In this document: piece after piece, positions 26,284-40,695 of the stretch
Numbering within the stretch: the first letter of the stretch is position 1
Layout of the letters: every line of letters starts with the position of its first letter
Assembly (NCBI GenBank): GCA_964016885.1
Contig: OZ024741.1
Coordinates: forward strand, 181,536,001 to 181,600,000
From: Eledone cirrhosa
Taxonomy: Eukaryota
DNA length: 64,000 nt
Direction of reading: 5' to 3'
Notes under the pieces: generated by a model
Databases searched by the model: none
Seen by the model: the letters and a program-made list of their open reading frames with translations, nothing else
Told to the model about the DNA's origin: nothing
Position numbers and translations under genes: made by a program

Positions 26284-27602
26284 ATGTATGTATGTATGTA
26301 TATATGTATGTATGTATGTATATATATATATGTATGTATATATGTGTGTGTGTATGTATATGTATGTGTGTATGTGTACGTATATGTATGTATATGTATG
26401 TATGTATACGTGTATGTATATGTATGTATATATGTGTATGTATGTGTATATGTGTATATGTATGTATATGTATATATATGTATGTATGTGTGTGTATATG
26501 TATGTATGTATGTATATGTATATATATGTATGTATGTATATGTATATATATATGTGTATGTATGTGTATATGTATGTGTGTATGTATATGTATATATATG
26601 TATGTATGTATGTGTATATATATGTATGTATGTATATGTATATATGTATATGTATGTATGTGTATATATATGTATGTATGTGTATATATATATATATGTA
26701 TGTATATGTATGTATATGTATATGTATGTATGTGTATGTGTATGTATGTATATGTGTATGTATGTGTATGTATGTATATGTATATGTATATGTGTATGTA
26801 TGTGTATGTATATGTATGTGTGTGTATGTGTATATATATATGTATGTATGTGTGTATGTGTGTATATGTATGTATATGTATATGTATATATATATATTTA
26901 TGTATATGTATATATATATATATGTATGTATATGTATGTGTATGTATATGTATGTATATATGTGTACTTATGTATATGTATGTGTGTATATATGTATGTA
27001 TATGTATATATATATATATATTTATGTATATATGTATATATATGTATGTATATGTGTATGTATATGTATGTATGTGTATATATATGTATATATTTATGTA
27101 TATGTATATGTGTATATGTATGTATATGTATATATATATGTATATGTATGTGTATATGTATGTATGTGTATATGTATGTATATGTATATATGTATGTATA
27201 TGTGTGTATGTATGTATATGTATATATGTATGTATGTATATGTATATGTGTATGTATGTATATATATATATATGTATGTGTGTGTATATGTATATGTATG
27301 TATGTATGTGTATATGTGTGTATGTATGTATATGTGTGTATGTATGTATATGTGTGTATGTATGTATATGTATGTATGTATGTATGTGTGTATATGTGTA
27401 TGTATGTATATGTATATATATGTATGTGTATGTGTATATATATGTATGTATATGTATGTATGTATGTATGTGTATGTGTATGTATGTATATGTATGTATG
27501 TATATGTATATGTATGTATGTATATGTGTATATGTATGTGTGTATGTATGTATGTATGTATATGTGTATATATGTATGTATGTATATGTGTATATATGTA
27601 TG
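26284..27602. repeat. Compound (ATGT)/(AT)/(GT) microsatellite, ~1.3 kb
   Basis: Direct reading. Confidence 0.95.
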
Positions 27603-28057
27603 TCAAAAGGCAAAGGAGCTCTTAAGAGTCAATGGCCATCCAAAATCACCGGGAGAGATGACCCCTTAGCCTTTGTCAAGGCAGAATTCTAGGAGAAGGA
27701 AAGCTCTGATATAACACCTGCAACCCTGATGGTATCCAATGATGTTGACTTGTTCTTCTTTTTGGTAAATATCATCTTGGTTAAGAGAGTGGGACTGGCT
27801 TTGTGCAGTGCCTTTGCTGACTATAAAAGCTTCACGGCACAGGCATTGCTTTATATCTGGAGATCTCTCTGCATTTGTCGTCACATGGTACCATGGGCCC
27901 AGCACTATGTGTCAATGATTGTCACAAGTGTAGTGTTTGTACCAGAGCTTTCAAGTCGCTGGCTGGACTAAAAAGTCACACTCGTTCAGCGCATCAGTAG
28001 GGGTTCTCCTACATGGATATAAAGTAGTGGCCGTACTCGAAAACGAGTTGGCAGCCA

Positions 28058-28060
<3 letters not shown>
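27603..28060 (+). mobile_element. Non-autonomous retroelement-like repeat, copy 2
   Basis: Direct repeat of 25858-26283. Its 5' edge aagagtcaatggccatccaaaa matches the 3' edge of 58005-58270. Confidence 0.7.
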
Positions 28061-28121
<61 letters not shown>

Positions 28122-28205
28122 GTATATGTATGTGTGTGCATTTTTGTCTGACTGTGTGTATTAATTTATTTATTTATTTATTTCTTTTATTTCTTTATTT
28201 TTATA

Positions 28206-28256
<51 letters not shown>

Positions 28257-28544
28257 GTGTGTGTATATATATGTATGTATGTGTGTGTATGTATATGTGT
28301 GTGTGTGTGTATGTGTGTATATATTTATATGTGTATATATATCTCTATTTATATATGTATATATGTGTATGTATATCCCTTTATTTACGTATGTCTGAGT
28401 TGTGTGAGCGTGTGGTTGTGTTTGTATGTGTATACGCATACATGGATGTGTATGTATGTGTATATATGCGTATATGTATGTGTGTATGTGTGTGTGTATA
28501 TATGTATGTCTATGTATGAGTATGTATATATATGTATGTATATA

Positions 28545-28601
<57 letters not shown>

Positions 28602-28664
28602 TATATATGTGTGTGTATATATATATATAGCTTTGTATATGTGTATGTGTATATATGTGTGTGT

Positions 28665-28743
<79 letters not shown>

Positions 28744-28797
28744 GGTATGTATGTGTATATGTGTATATACATGAGTGTGTTTATATATGTGTATAGA

Positions 28798-28844
<47 letters not shown>

Positions 28845-29009
28845 TGTGAATGTATGTATATATGTATGTGTGTATATATATATGTGTGTGTATATATGTA
28901 TATGTCTATGTATTTATATGTGTATATGTATGTGTCTCTATATGTATGCGTGTGTGTATGTGTATATATATGGTGTGTGTATGTATATGTATGTGTATGT
29001 ATGTGTTTA

Positions 29010-29023
29010 TGTATATGTGTATG

Positions 29024-29090
<67 letters not shown>

Positions 29091-29116
29091 ATCGATGTAT
29101 ATTTTATATTTTACTT

Positions 29117-29151
<35 letters not shown>

Positions 29152-29957
29152 CTTAATATTTTTCTTTTTTCTTTTTCTTTTTATTTCTAAATTTATAGAT
29201 ACATTTATAAATAGGCAGTTTGCTGACACCAGTAAATACTGACCTCTTCCCCCCCCCCACCTACTTTCTGTATCTGGATCTAAATATGTGTGGCAGTGTT
29301 TATGTGCGCGCATTAATGTCCATATGCTTATGATAATAGTATATACACATATATGTGTGTGGGTGTGTGTGTGTGTATGTATGTTCGTGGTTGTGTGTAT
29401 GTTTATGCGTATACGCGCGTGTGTGTGTGAATGTATGTATATGTGTGAGTATATGAATGTGTATATATTTATTTTTATATTTATATGTTTATATGCGTAT
29501 ATGTATTTTATCTGTAGATTATAAACATACAGAGACATTAGCCCTGAATTTTTGTATTTACATACATCTTTTCGGCATGCGTATGCATGTGAACATATAT
29601 TTTTATGCATATCTGTGAACGAAGTTACTTACATATATACACACACCTAACTGTATAAACTTTTTGTGTTTTCATTGGTCAATTTGAACTCTGTTCCCAA
29701 ACAGACCTGTAATTTTGAATTGTTGTTATTATCAATAAATATATTTCATTATTTCTGAAGACGGCATATATATGTGTTGGTATGTATATTTAATTTTGAT
29801 AGTTTGTATAATTTTGTATAATTTTGTACATAGATCTGTTGAATATGCATGCCAATTCTAACACATATATATCCTAGAAACGATCGTTAAATAATGAACT
29901 TTTTTTGTTTAATATAAGGAACTGTTTCATTGTTTTATTCATTATTTTTTTAATATT
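29010..29957 (+). repeat. Right arm of the ~1 kb inverted repeat
   Basis: Reverse complement of 22121-23147. Confidence 0.93.
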
Positions 29958-30187
29958 TTATCTTGACTCTGTATTCCGTTTATCTTTCACCGAAAGTGAT
30001 TTTTCATTGCATCTCTTCTTTCCATGATATCCGGATTACATTGAGTTCTTCATACGGATTGGACACTACCGTTAACTCTTGGTAGATTTATCTACATATA
30101 TATATATATATATACAAATATAGATTCAGCGAGAATCGCATTTCGGCGGGTAGGAAAGGCGAAACGAAACGCGAAAATCATAAATGA

Positions 30188-30229
<42 letters not shown>

Positions 30230-30556
30230 TCTAAATATTAACAAAAATAGACATTCGTGTCATCAAGTATATTTTATTATACATATTTCAGAGGTACTGA
30301 GCTATCTTCAACAGTACGTCCTCATCAGATAAAATAAGATGATGCATGACATACCCTGACAAAGTAGATGGTTAAAATTCAGTCATGGCAGTGAATAAGA
30401 TAGGACAAAACTCAATATTTATATACCTTAAGATTGAGACTTGAAAAAGTTACATATAATACAGTATTACATGTATTACATGATCCTAATATAATAATTG
30501 ACGTAAACCCTTACTTTTAACAATATTAACAGTAACTTATGTATTATATTATATTA

Positions 30557-31067
30557 TCTATATATATAAAACTGTGGTTGTCTGTCTATCGATTTTTGGC
30601 GCACATCTCCTCTTAGAATCTCTCACGGAATTGCACCGAAATTGCTATACTTGTACATTGAGCCCTAGCGAAGACATCGGAAAAAAAAATTTCAAATTGA
30701 CCCACCCTATGTGACGAAATCGAATATAATGTATCGATTTTTGAGCGTAAGTGATCAGTTATTTCCCTTTGTTCTGTTTACATTGAGCGTCTTACGTAAA
30801 AAATTACGCTGGCTTTCTCAGTCTTTGTTAATAAATAACCAGTGCAGTTTTTATCCCCAGCATCCTCTTTTGTTATAACATTCGGGTTATCGTTATGTTT
30901 TCTTAACTTCATAAGGCATATTGTTGGTTGAGGGAATATTAATCAAAAACACCACATGCAAGTCTGCACAGTAGACACTACAGTTTTTAAGCCAAAAAAG
31001 AAACTTAACATTGTAACTTTAACACAGCTACTGAGCGACCCCGAGCAACGCCGGGCTTTACTGCTAG
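30557..31067 (+). mobile_element. Non-autonomous Helitron
   Basis: A|TCtatatatataaaa 5' end; 3' hairpin cccgagcaacgccggg then CTAG|T; inserted between A and T with no TSD. Confidence 0.88.
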
Positions 31068-31312
31068 TATTATATATAACTGACTAATATCGTCTTAAAC
31101 TTTAAACAATATACTCTTTGTATAAATTTAGACAAATGCTTATATCTAGCTTAATAATATCCTTTTTAAGTATAATTATAAGGCCTTTGGATACTTTAGG
31201 GCATTCTAATTGTTAATTTAAAAATTTTAAAGTTATAATTGTAATTACTTTCTAAATTATATAATGAATATTTTTTTATATAAAATCTCTTTAATATATA
31301 TTTTTTTAAATA

Positions 31313-31598
31313 TAATTTAATATGGATTACCTTCGCGATGAAGAAAATATTAAGTTTCTTCTTTCTCATGTTTTCAAATACTTTAAATATGATATTATAC
31401 TATAATATAAATACTTATAAATTTTATAGCCTGAAATATTATACCTTTAGATTAATTTAATATGGATTACCTTCGCGATGAAGAAAATATTAAGTTTCTT
31501 CTTTCTCATGTTTTCAAATACTTTAAATATGATATTATACTATAATATAAATACTTATAAATTTTATAGCCTGAAATATTATACCTTTAGATTAATTT
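31313..31598. repeat. Exact ~140-bp tandem duplication
   Basis: tatggattaccttcgcgatgaagaaaat...atacctttagattaattt at 31321 and 31461. Confidence 0.9.
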
Positions 31599-32275
31599 AC
31601 TATTTTGAACTATCATAATTGATTCGCAATTTAACGGTCATCCGGATACGTTTGGATATATATAATTGATTAATAGTCTATTTCTAATTAACTTAAGGAC
31701 TCGAAATTAAACCCTCATATCAAACTACACCCAGATATATTTGATATTTTGATTGATTGATTATTTCTAGATAATTCAATGATTCGAAATTATACATTCA
31801 CAAATCTATGCCCACATGTATATTTATATTTATTTATATATATATTCTTACATCATCTAATTATACGCTATTTATCCACGACAATACAAATCTTCCTCCC
31901 TATGCTTTATACTATAAACATTATTCTTCCTTGTCTCTCTATCCTTAATCAATTTTCTTTTGCTTTAGTGCATAAGATATTTCTATACTTCTAGTAACTA
32001 TCTTTTTCCTCATCTGTTTCTCTTTCTGTCTTTCTTCTTTCTTCAATAATTTAAATTATTTGAATCTCTAACAGTTATGTAAATTTCTATTATATTAGTA
32101 GCTGGTTATTATTATGTATTTTTATAAGCTTTCTCACACGCACCCTCTGTATTATATGTAATTTTTTCATGTCTCAATCTTAAGGTATATAAATATTGAG
32201 TTTTGTTTATATCTTATTCACTGCCATGACTGAATTTTAACCATCTACTTTGTCAGGGTATGTCATGCATCATCT

Positions 32276-32342
32276 TATTTTATCTGATGAGGACGTACTG
32301 TTGAAGATAGCTCAGTATCTCTGAAATATGTATAATAAAATA
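32276..32342 (+). ncRNA. Type I hammerhead ribozyme (mirror copy on - strand at ~30270-30336)
   Basis: tattttat-CTGATGA-ggacgtactg...cagtatctct-GAAA-t atgt a-ta-ataaaata, with an 8-bp helix I. Confidence 0.65.
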
Positions 32343-32992
32343 TACTTGATCACACGAATGTCTATTTTTGTTAATATTTTGAATTAATATTAATTAATAA
32401 CTCCTGAAAATCATTACTGTGGAGTGCTTCTAATCTATTGTTAGTTGATTCTATTGACTGATGAATAGCTTATGTTAACTTTAACCCTTCTGTTGAGAAC
32501 TCTATTCGATTTGTGATTTTTTGCATTCTTGCAATAATATACACAACTGAATTCATTCGCCTAATATAGGGGTTGCCTCCCTTGCCGATCCCCACGTGGG
32601 GTCAGTAATAGTCATTCCTTGTATTAGCATTGAACTAAAACCTGTTGAAAAAGTGGCTTCCTTGTTCAATCATCTTACCAGAAGCCTAACATTTTTCATG
32701 TAAGCGGACAGTACTTGATTTAGGAGTCGCAGAAACCCAAATGCTGGATTTTACCAACCTTCCAGGGGTCCGGGTAAATTTTCAATCACATATATATTTA
32801 TTTGTTTGACCCGAATTACTTGATCGTTTTTTTGGCTGTACAGATGAATGTTTAACCATCGTCTCAGTGTGTTTGGCCTTAAGCGTATGTTGTAGCTCTG
32901 GTTCTTTTGAACCATTGAGCACTTGCCACACATCTCGGAGGTTGTTTTTCGTTATTTCATAGGCCGAAATGCGATTCTCGAAAATTTATATT

Positions 32993-33073
<81 letters not shown>

Positions 33074-33239
33074 ATGTGTGTGTGTGTGTGTGGTGTTAAT
33101 GATATATAGGAAACCAGGAGATAGAAATGCTTAAATATATGTCTCAACATACATTGAAACACTTGCTATAGATGTAAGCATATATATTATTTTACTTATG
33201 AAAGAGCAGAGGGAGGGCTATAAATATGTTTTTATATAT

Positions 33240-33530
33240 TTAATTTGTTCTCTCTGTCAGCATTTCAGTTGATTATCGGATGGTCGGCTCGTGAAATTAA
33301 CTCTATGGCTAAACATTCCATAGACAAATATATTGGTAACGTACTCCTCTGGGCGACTCAACATGACACAGTGTGAAGCTCTTTGGCCTACAGATACATT
33401 TCATATATTCCAGTTGAGTTGACTAGAATAACATGAAATAAAGTTTGAAGGTTAAGGATAAAATTCGCGTCCGTGAATCGAACTCACAACCTTACGATCG
33501 TGAGCCGAACACGTTAACCAATAAGTCAAG
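33240..33530 (-). mobile_element. Degenerate tRNA-derived SINE
   Basis: Minus-strand head ttggttaacgtgttcggctcacgatcgtaaggttgtgagttcgattc carries A/B-box-like motifs. Confidence 0.55.
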
Positions 33531-33938
33531 TGCTTTTACGAAAAAAAAAAAAATTAAATTAAAAAATATATCTAAATTTTGTATCTTTGCTGTTACAAAA
33601 TATTTAATGGAATTACACCACATAAAATACAACTCTATCTTCATTGTTTTGACATGAACACTCAGTGGAGAGGAATTGAATTTAATTACTTGTGTAATAA
33701 AAGAAATTAGAGTGCTAAAAGCATCTATATGAGTGTGCATTAATTAGTAACAGATAGATATATAAAAACAATAAACGGCAAGCTAAATATTTGAACATGG
33801 ACACAGAGGATAACACAGACACATATATATATGTATATATTTGTATATAGTAATAATAATAAATGTGAAGACTAAAATCCAAATTGATTCTTTGCTTAAA
33901 CTTTAATCTGTTATTTTAATATATATATATATATATAT

Positions 33939-34031
33939 AAGTATGAACCCAACGGCAGAGCTCAAGCCGTTTCGACGGCTAATTCTGGACTCCGTCGAAA
34001 CGGCTGGAGCTCTGCCGTCGGGGTCATACTT
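33939..34031. repeat. ~90-bp near-perfect palindrome
   Basis: aagtatgaacccaacggcagagctcaagccgtttcgacgg / ccgtcgaaacggctggagctctgccgtcggggtcatactt. Confidence 0.9.
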
Positions 34032-34154
34032 GTTCCTATTACCCACTCTACTACTCTAAGTATTGAGTACTTTGGTGCGTTATGGTCCATCTGGTTCCTT
34101 ACTACATTTCCTAAACAAACCGAGCATTATAATAAATGTTCGGTAAACCGATAC

Positions 34155-34270
<116 letters not shown>

Positions 34271-34281
34271 ATATGTATATC

Positions 34282-34314
<33 letters not shown>

Positions 34315-34574
34315 GTATCAATTTACCGAACATTTATTATAATGCTCGGTTTGTTTGTAAACAAACTAACAGCCCGAATTACGCCGTACAGTGTTTAGGC
34401 AACCACGTCACCTTTTTGTTCAACACTGACACAGGAACGATTCTATTCCATTTATCGTTTACGGTGCGCCTGGCCGACTAAACTCACTCGATATGCAAAT
34501 TAGGCTGCTCAGCCGTTAATATGCATAAGGAAAGTATATACTTTCAGACGTTCAACCATCTGGCAGGAAGGTAT

Positions 34575-34617
34575 ACGATGCTGACGATAGCTAATAAGCT
34601 TGAAACTAGTACATCGT
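34575..34617 (+). ncRNA. Minimal type I hammerhead ribozyme
   Basis: acgatg-CTGACGA-tagct aata agctt-GAAA-c ta g-TA-catcgt: 6-bp helix I, GUA cleavage triplet. Confidence 0.75.
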
Positions 34618-34874
34618 TTCTGTGTCAGTGTTGTATATATATATATATATATATATATGTACAGATATAATTTCAGCAAGATCGAATTTCGGCAGTGGTC
34701 GAAAACAAAGCGAAAGGCAATATCCGAGTTATGCGGCAAGCGCTCCATGGACTAAAAAAAGACCAGAGCAATAAACATAGGTTATAGAGGCCAAACAAAC
34801 TGAGAATGGCGATCAAGAAGCCATCAGCCACCTAAACCCCCCCCAAAACGAAGCAAGCTAAACAGGTCAAACAA

Positions 34875-34928
<54 letters not shown>

Positions 34929-35175
34929 ATACTTGGGGAGGGTCATATTTGCGTAATATTGCCAGAATTAATAACAGAACACACTCACTGTTTGGTTGGT
35001 TTTCGCTTCTCGCTGTCTTTTATATCTGCGATCTAACTTACTCGGTCCTCAATGTTGCCATTGACTGACCGACGGTCAAAAATAATACAGATACAATATA
35101 GACACAAACACATATATATAGTTTACATAATTTACATAAATCTTTCGTTGCACATCTGCATATATATATATATTT

Positions 35176-35670
35176 ATTAAAATAACAGATTAATGTTTAA
35201 GCAAAGAATCGCTGCTTTCACCCTTAACGGGATCTTCTGAAACTAACAAAGTCAATCTGTAAACGCAGAACTGGATATTTCAAAAAACGTTGCAACCGGA
35301 GGAAGACAGGAAGACGATACTTTGGTTCGTGGAAACGTTCGCTGGCAAAGAACGGGAAAAAACGAATAATACGTCATTAATAGGAGCGGTGAAAAACAAT
35401 TACGCGCAAAGACAGAACCACGTTTATGGTATAAAAGAGGTTGTAGACTAATGTTCTCTTAGGTGGTGCATAGAGACGTTCTCTGGCAATGAACGAAAAA
35501 ATGAAGATAATAAGTCATATGTGGAGCATGGAGAACAATAGCACGCAAAGACAAAACCACGTAAATGGTATAGCAGAAGTTGTAGACTAAAATTCTAACT
35601 GAACAATAGCACGCAAAGACAAAACCACGTAAATGGTATAGCAGAAGTTGTAGACTAAAATTCTAACTAG
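35176..35670 (+). mobile_element. Interspersed repeat with terminus abutting (TA)n and an internal 68-bp tandem duplication (35533-35668)
   Basis: 35176-35377 is the reverse complement of 58802-59003; the same terminus appears at 33885-33920. Confidence 0.6.
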
Positions 35671-36832
35671 GAGACCAAATGAATCTCCGCTACAAAGTTA
35701 AGAACAAAGTAAATAAATACAATACAGAAGTAATAGAAACAAATAAATACATACACGCAAACAGATACGTACATACACAAGCATACGCAAAACCTTACCA
35801 TAGGTATACAAAACCACGCACATATAAATATGTGTGTGTGTGTATGCTTGTGTACAAATAAATAAATAATTATATAAACGTATATAAGTAAATAAATACG
35901 TATATAACAAGCTCACACACATACCTACAAATAAATACACGAGTGTTCGGAGACGTAAGTCAACTAAAACAAGAAGTACACATATACACACACCCACCAT
36001 ACGTACGAACCTGTATACTCACGCAGACGCAAAACTCCCGTATACACATAGCCAAACCCTAAATACCAGAATATGTAAAAATTATACGCTATAACAGTCA
36101 AATATACGTACTAGATATTTATATATATATATATTTATAAATATACACATACATACGTTTACACACACGGACGCATATACATGTATTTGTGTATGTGTGC
36201 GTGCGTGCGTGTGTGTGTGTGTGAAATAATTTAACTTAATGAAATGTTGCTGCTCGACATGAATATAAAACAGTTTTAACAGCAATCAAGGCAATACTTG
36301 GATCAAATTTTAATTAATATTCCCTAATTAAATTAAATTCTGAAATTTTATGGACTCATCATGTCATAACAGCTAGAGTTAGTTGTATTATTTCATATCT
36401 TGTTTTTCTATATAGATTAATATTATAAAACAGATCATTATTAATCTATAATTTTTAAACACATCTAGATTATAAAATATAATATACATTTTATAACATT
36501 GTTACATCACGTGGCCATAGGGATTTCTTACATCACACAAAAATGAATATTTGACCAAATATGGAAGTTTGTTGTACGGCATAGATTTACCTCTAAAAAT
36601 GAGAGAACTTGATACATTAGGAGAGTAATATCAACAAACATACGCAGATACCCAGACAAACGCACATAGAAAAACGCACATACATATGCTTTATAAAACA
36701 TATTCACAATCAGTCTTAACATTGAGTGCCATAAAATTGGTTAACCATGAACTGATAAACATCGAATTCACTTGTGTGCATGTATGAGGGTCTATAATGT
36801 ATACATACATATATGTATATATGTACACACAC

Positions 36833-36990
<158 letters not shown>

Positions 36991-38071
36991 TATTCAAAAT
37001 ATTCATAAATGAAAAATATTCTCGTAATCAAAATATATATTTTATTATACATATTTCAAAGGCACAATGGTGTTTAAGTACGTTTTCATCAGATAAAATA
37101 TAAGATTTGATATGCGACATGCCGCTACGGTTTTGATTATGCAATTCCAATAGTGGCAGTGATTTATTTTACCAACCCTCAACGTTTTTATACCACAAAT
37201 AATATGGTAAACTTAGAGAAATATAGAAGGGGAGTTGAGATGGAAGATGCCAAAAAAAAGAAGAGAAATAAACAAATAAATAAATAAATAAATAAATGAA
37301 TAAAAGAAGAAAAAAAGGTGTAAGAGAAAAAAAGGGAATAAAAACAGAAGAAAGGGAAGATGCGGGGAGAAAAAAAGGTAAGATGCGGGAAGAAAAAAGA
37401 AAAAAAAAGGAAAAAAGAAGGGGAATAAAGAAAAACGAAGAAGAGGAAAAGGAAAGGATAAAATAGAGGGGAGAATAAAAAACCGTTGTATTCAAATGGT
37501 AGACAAAATTAGAAATTAAAATGTTTTCATATTTATCAGTGAATATCGCTTGTATTGGATTACGCTTTAGTTAATTATAAGTTTATATTGTATCCAGATT
37601 ACTAATCAAAATTACTAATCAATGTAAACAAAAGGAAGATAACTCATTTACAATGTTAAAGCATTTTTTAACTTATAGGGAATCTCTTCTCTCACGCCCA
37701 GCGATATTTTAAGAACCTTAAATTATCTATTGTATATATCCTAATTGATGTCTAATTAAATATTGAACTATCCTAATCAAATCATAGGATAAAAAACTCT
37801 CAATGAGGTTATTCTATTACATATAAATATCTATAAATTAATACTTCAATTAGGCCAAATTTACATATATTTAAGTTGTTATTTATTTGTCCTTATTTTT
37901 TGGGAACTGGTACATTGCCTGGAAAGTTTTACCAATTTTATGATGACAGCTACTAAATAATTCATTTTTTGTTGTTGATTAAAATGTCATAGTTTGTGAT
38001 TATGTGAAGAATCTCTTCATTGTAAAGATAGCAATATATATGGTTATATATATATATATATGTATACATGG

Positions 38072-38132
<61 letters not shown>

Positions 38133-38269
38133 AATATATGTATATGTGTGTGTGTTTGAGTGTATTTATACATATGCATATATGCATATCTGAATATATA
38201 TATATATATATATATATAACAAATGGGTTTATCGCTCTACATAGCTGAATACAAGAACTGTAAATCTGT

Positions 38270-38920
38270 GATTTTCGAATATTGATAATTATATTCGATT
38301 CGTTTGCAATTATGCAAACAGTCTCTTAAGCCTTGTCATTAGAATGGCCCATCATTCTTGCTCTTGTGTTGGCATGTAAACAGAACTGCAGACACTAATG
38401 TTTCTGGGTATTACTCTTCATCAGTACAGTTCACTGTTCACCTTCCAACTGTCAGAGCTAGTGAAAATATATGATGTTTTCTGGAATATACAGTAACTGA
38501 TCGGCCTGATTTGCATATTAGCAGGCTGTCTGATAAAACCATTTGTTAGTTATTTAACTATGGCAAAGCCGGCCATTAATCGCTAGTATACGTGAAACTG
38601 TTTGGCCTACTTGCTGATATGCAGATCTGGCTGATAAGTGGGTCTGCTAATATGCAGATCTGACCCATCAGGCAGTCTGCAAATCAGGCCGGCAACCACT
38701 GTATATTCTAGAAAATAAATCTTTTCACTAGTTCTGACAGTTGGCAGGTGAACAGTATACGTTCCTGATGAAGGGTAATCACCCAGAAACATTAGTGTTT
38801 GCCATTCTGTTTGTATGCCAACACAAGAGCAAAAATGATGGGGTCATCTCACACGACTTAAGAGGGTGTTTGCATAATTGAAAACGAATAAAATATTATT
38901 ATTGATATTCGAAAAATTCA
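38270..38920. mobile_element. Fold-back element with ~250-bp diverged inverted arms and degenerate hammerhead cores
   Basis: 38270-38515 versus 38678-38915 inverted. CTGATGA-agggt aatc accc-a-GAAAC at 38765-38790. Confidence 0.65.
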
Positions 38921-38921
38921 T

Positions 38922-38999
<78 letters not shown>

Positions 39000-39087
39000 A
39001 CACACACACACACACATACATCTATATATATATGTATTTCCTTTGATGCGTGTGCGTAATGGACAATTCATATTTATCGAATATAGT

Positions 39088-39144
<57 letters not shown>

Positions 39145-39424
39145 ATATATATATTTATACGTATGTATATCCAACATCTCAAGTCTAATCTGATGCATTT
39201 GTATGTCCCTACATGAAGTTTCTTTTATAAAGTTATTATCCAGTCAATTGATTATGTAGATCACGTTCGATCTGATATAATGTCATTTGCCAGATTTGTT
39301 GTTATTGCTACAAGTCTAGCTCAAATAAGTTCTACACCATCACTATTAATTTATCTGCGAAATAACTATTAACCCTTTACTGCAATCGGAATATTGTTTT
39401 CTAAAAGATATGTTATTATTTCAC

Positions 39425-39845
39425 TGATTTGGCAGTATCAGTAGAGCGTCAGACACCATGGTTTGCAGCATAGAGTTACGGCGCTTTATGATCTGAGTTC
39501 AAATCTCGCCGAGGTTAGCTTTGCCTTTCATCCTTACAGGGTCAATAAAATAAAGTACCAGTAATGCACTGGTGTCTATTTACACAACTTTCCCCTTTCC
39601 CCAAATTGCTGGCCTTGTGCCTATATAAGAAACCATTATTACGGTGGATTGGCAATGCCAGTAGAGTGTCAGACGCCATGCTTTTAAGCATAGAGTACGA
39701 CCCTTTACCTTCTTAACTGGTACTTCATTTTGTCGACCATGGAAGGATGAAATGTAAAGGTGGCGTCAACGAGAATTGAACCCAGAATCCACGTGGTATT
39801 TTGTCTGACGCTCAACCAATTCTTTGAATTCACTACCCTTGTAAT
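39425..39845. mobile_element. Cluster of tRNA-derived SINEs (+ 39425-39640, + partial 39641-39706, - 39707-39845)
   Basis: tggcag..gtagagcgtcagac head, gagttcaaat B-box, gcctttcatcc..ggggtc.ataaaataaagtaccag core and ggccttgtgccta...agaaac tail. Confidence 0.8.
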
Positions 39846-39850
39846 AATAG

Positions 39851-40695
39851 TCTCATTTATTGGCCACAAGGGCCGACATATAGGGGACAATACGAAAGAC
39901 AGTGACAGTAGGGGTTTACATATACAACGTGTAAACAATATAAATAACAATAACAAAATAACAATAAAAATACAAGGAAAATTCCCCAATAGGGGGGATG
40001 AATACCCAGAGTTCACTCAGGTAGCCCACCAATCCTGAACGACCAGACGCTTTGAGAGCACCCGGGAAGGATACCCCTCTGCTCCTCAAATTCACCCACC
40101 TATAGGCGCATGATCAGAGAAGGCCCACTCACACGGGCCATTCTCTCCACATTCACCCACCTTTCAACAAATGTACTGGGGGAGGGGGCATCACTTCTCT
40201 CTCCACCCTCACCTTCCTTTCCAAGTGAAACTTGAAAAAGTTGATGAAGGATTGGCCGAAGGATTGGTCTTCAGTCCTTTCAACCTAGTTCACCATACAA
40301 CATCTTTCTCTACTGCCACCAGACAGAGGAAAATTCCCTGTCCTTCCTGGCCAAAAGAAGGCGGCGCGTCGATCTTCACTATGGACTCTGCCGATAGCCG
40401 GATCCGTTCTATACACGACAACAGCTGTTCTATATAACTCTACAAGTCAATAATGCACGGACACTGGACGAGTGCGTGCAGAACGGTTTCGTCGCTTTTC
40501 GCGCATCTCGGACAAATCCGTCTGACAGCACTTCCGTGCCTGTAGAGTTTATCTCGAACCGGCAGTGCCCCTCGGTAAGACTGCCAAGCGAGGGATTTCT
40601 GGAAATTATCCATCGTCCCCGACTCGAAAGTTCTCCGGAACAGACTGGTTAGTTCGACTTCGTCGACTCCCAGAGCCTCTCCGAGTGCGTCGTCC
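39851..40695 (-). mobile_element. 5'-truncated Tx1 (copy 3 type) with a ~16-bp TSD
   Basis: ORF 40440-40697(-) matches the C-terminus of the copy 3 ORF2. acccttgtaataatag (39835-39850) versus accctagtaataatag (40696-40711). Confidence 0.88.

Larger units (their letters stand above)
30226..32386. mobile_element. Penelope-type fold-back element with ~240-bp inverted arms containing hammerheads
   Basis: 30226-30464 is the reverse complement of 32146-32386. Confidence 0.75.
30115..32994. mobile_element. Putative TIR element (~33-bp imperfect TIRs) in (TA)n, hosting nested insertions
   Basis: caaatatagattcagcgagaatcgcatttcggc (30115-30147) versus gccgaaatgcgattctcgaaaatttatatttg (32963-32994). 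A similar terminus occurs at ~34662. Confidence 0.45.

Noticed and set aside
32545-32610. HDV-ribozyme-like ggcaac...ggcgaatg on the - strand
   Set aside because: I could not find the P1/P2/P3 pairings; motif resemblance only.
35320-35670. Repeated units as a CRISPR-like array
   Set aside because: Whole-unit tandem duplications without unique spacers, no cas genes, eukaryotic context.
37230-37480. Purine-rich tract and its minus-strand F/S/L-rich ORF
   Set aside because: Low-complexity sequence with no supporting structure.
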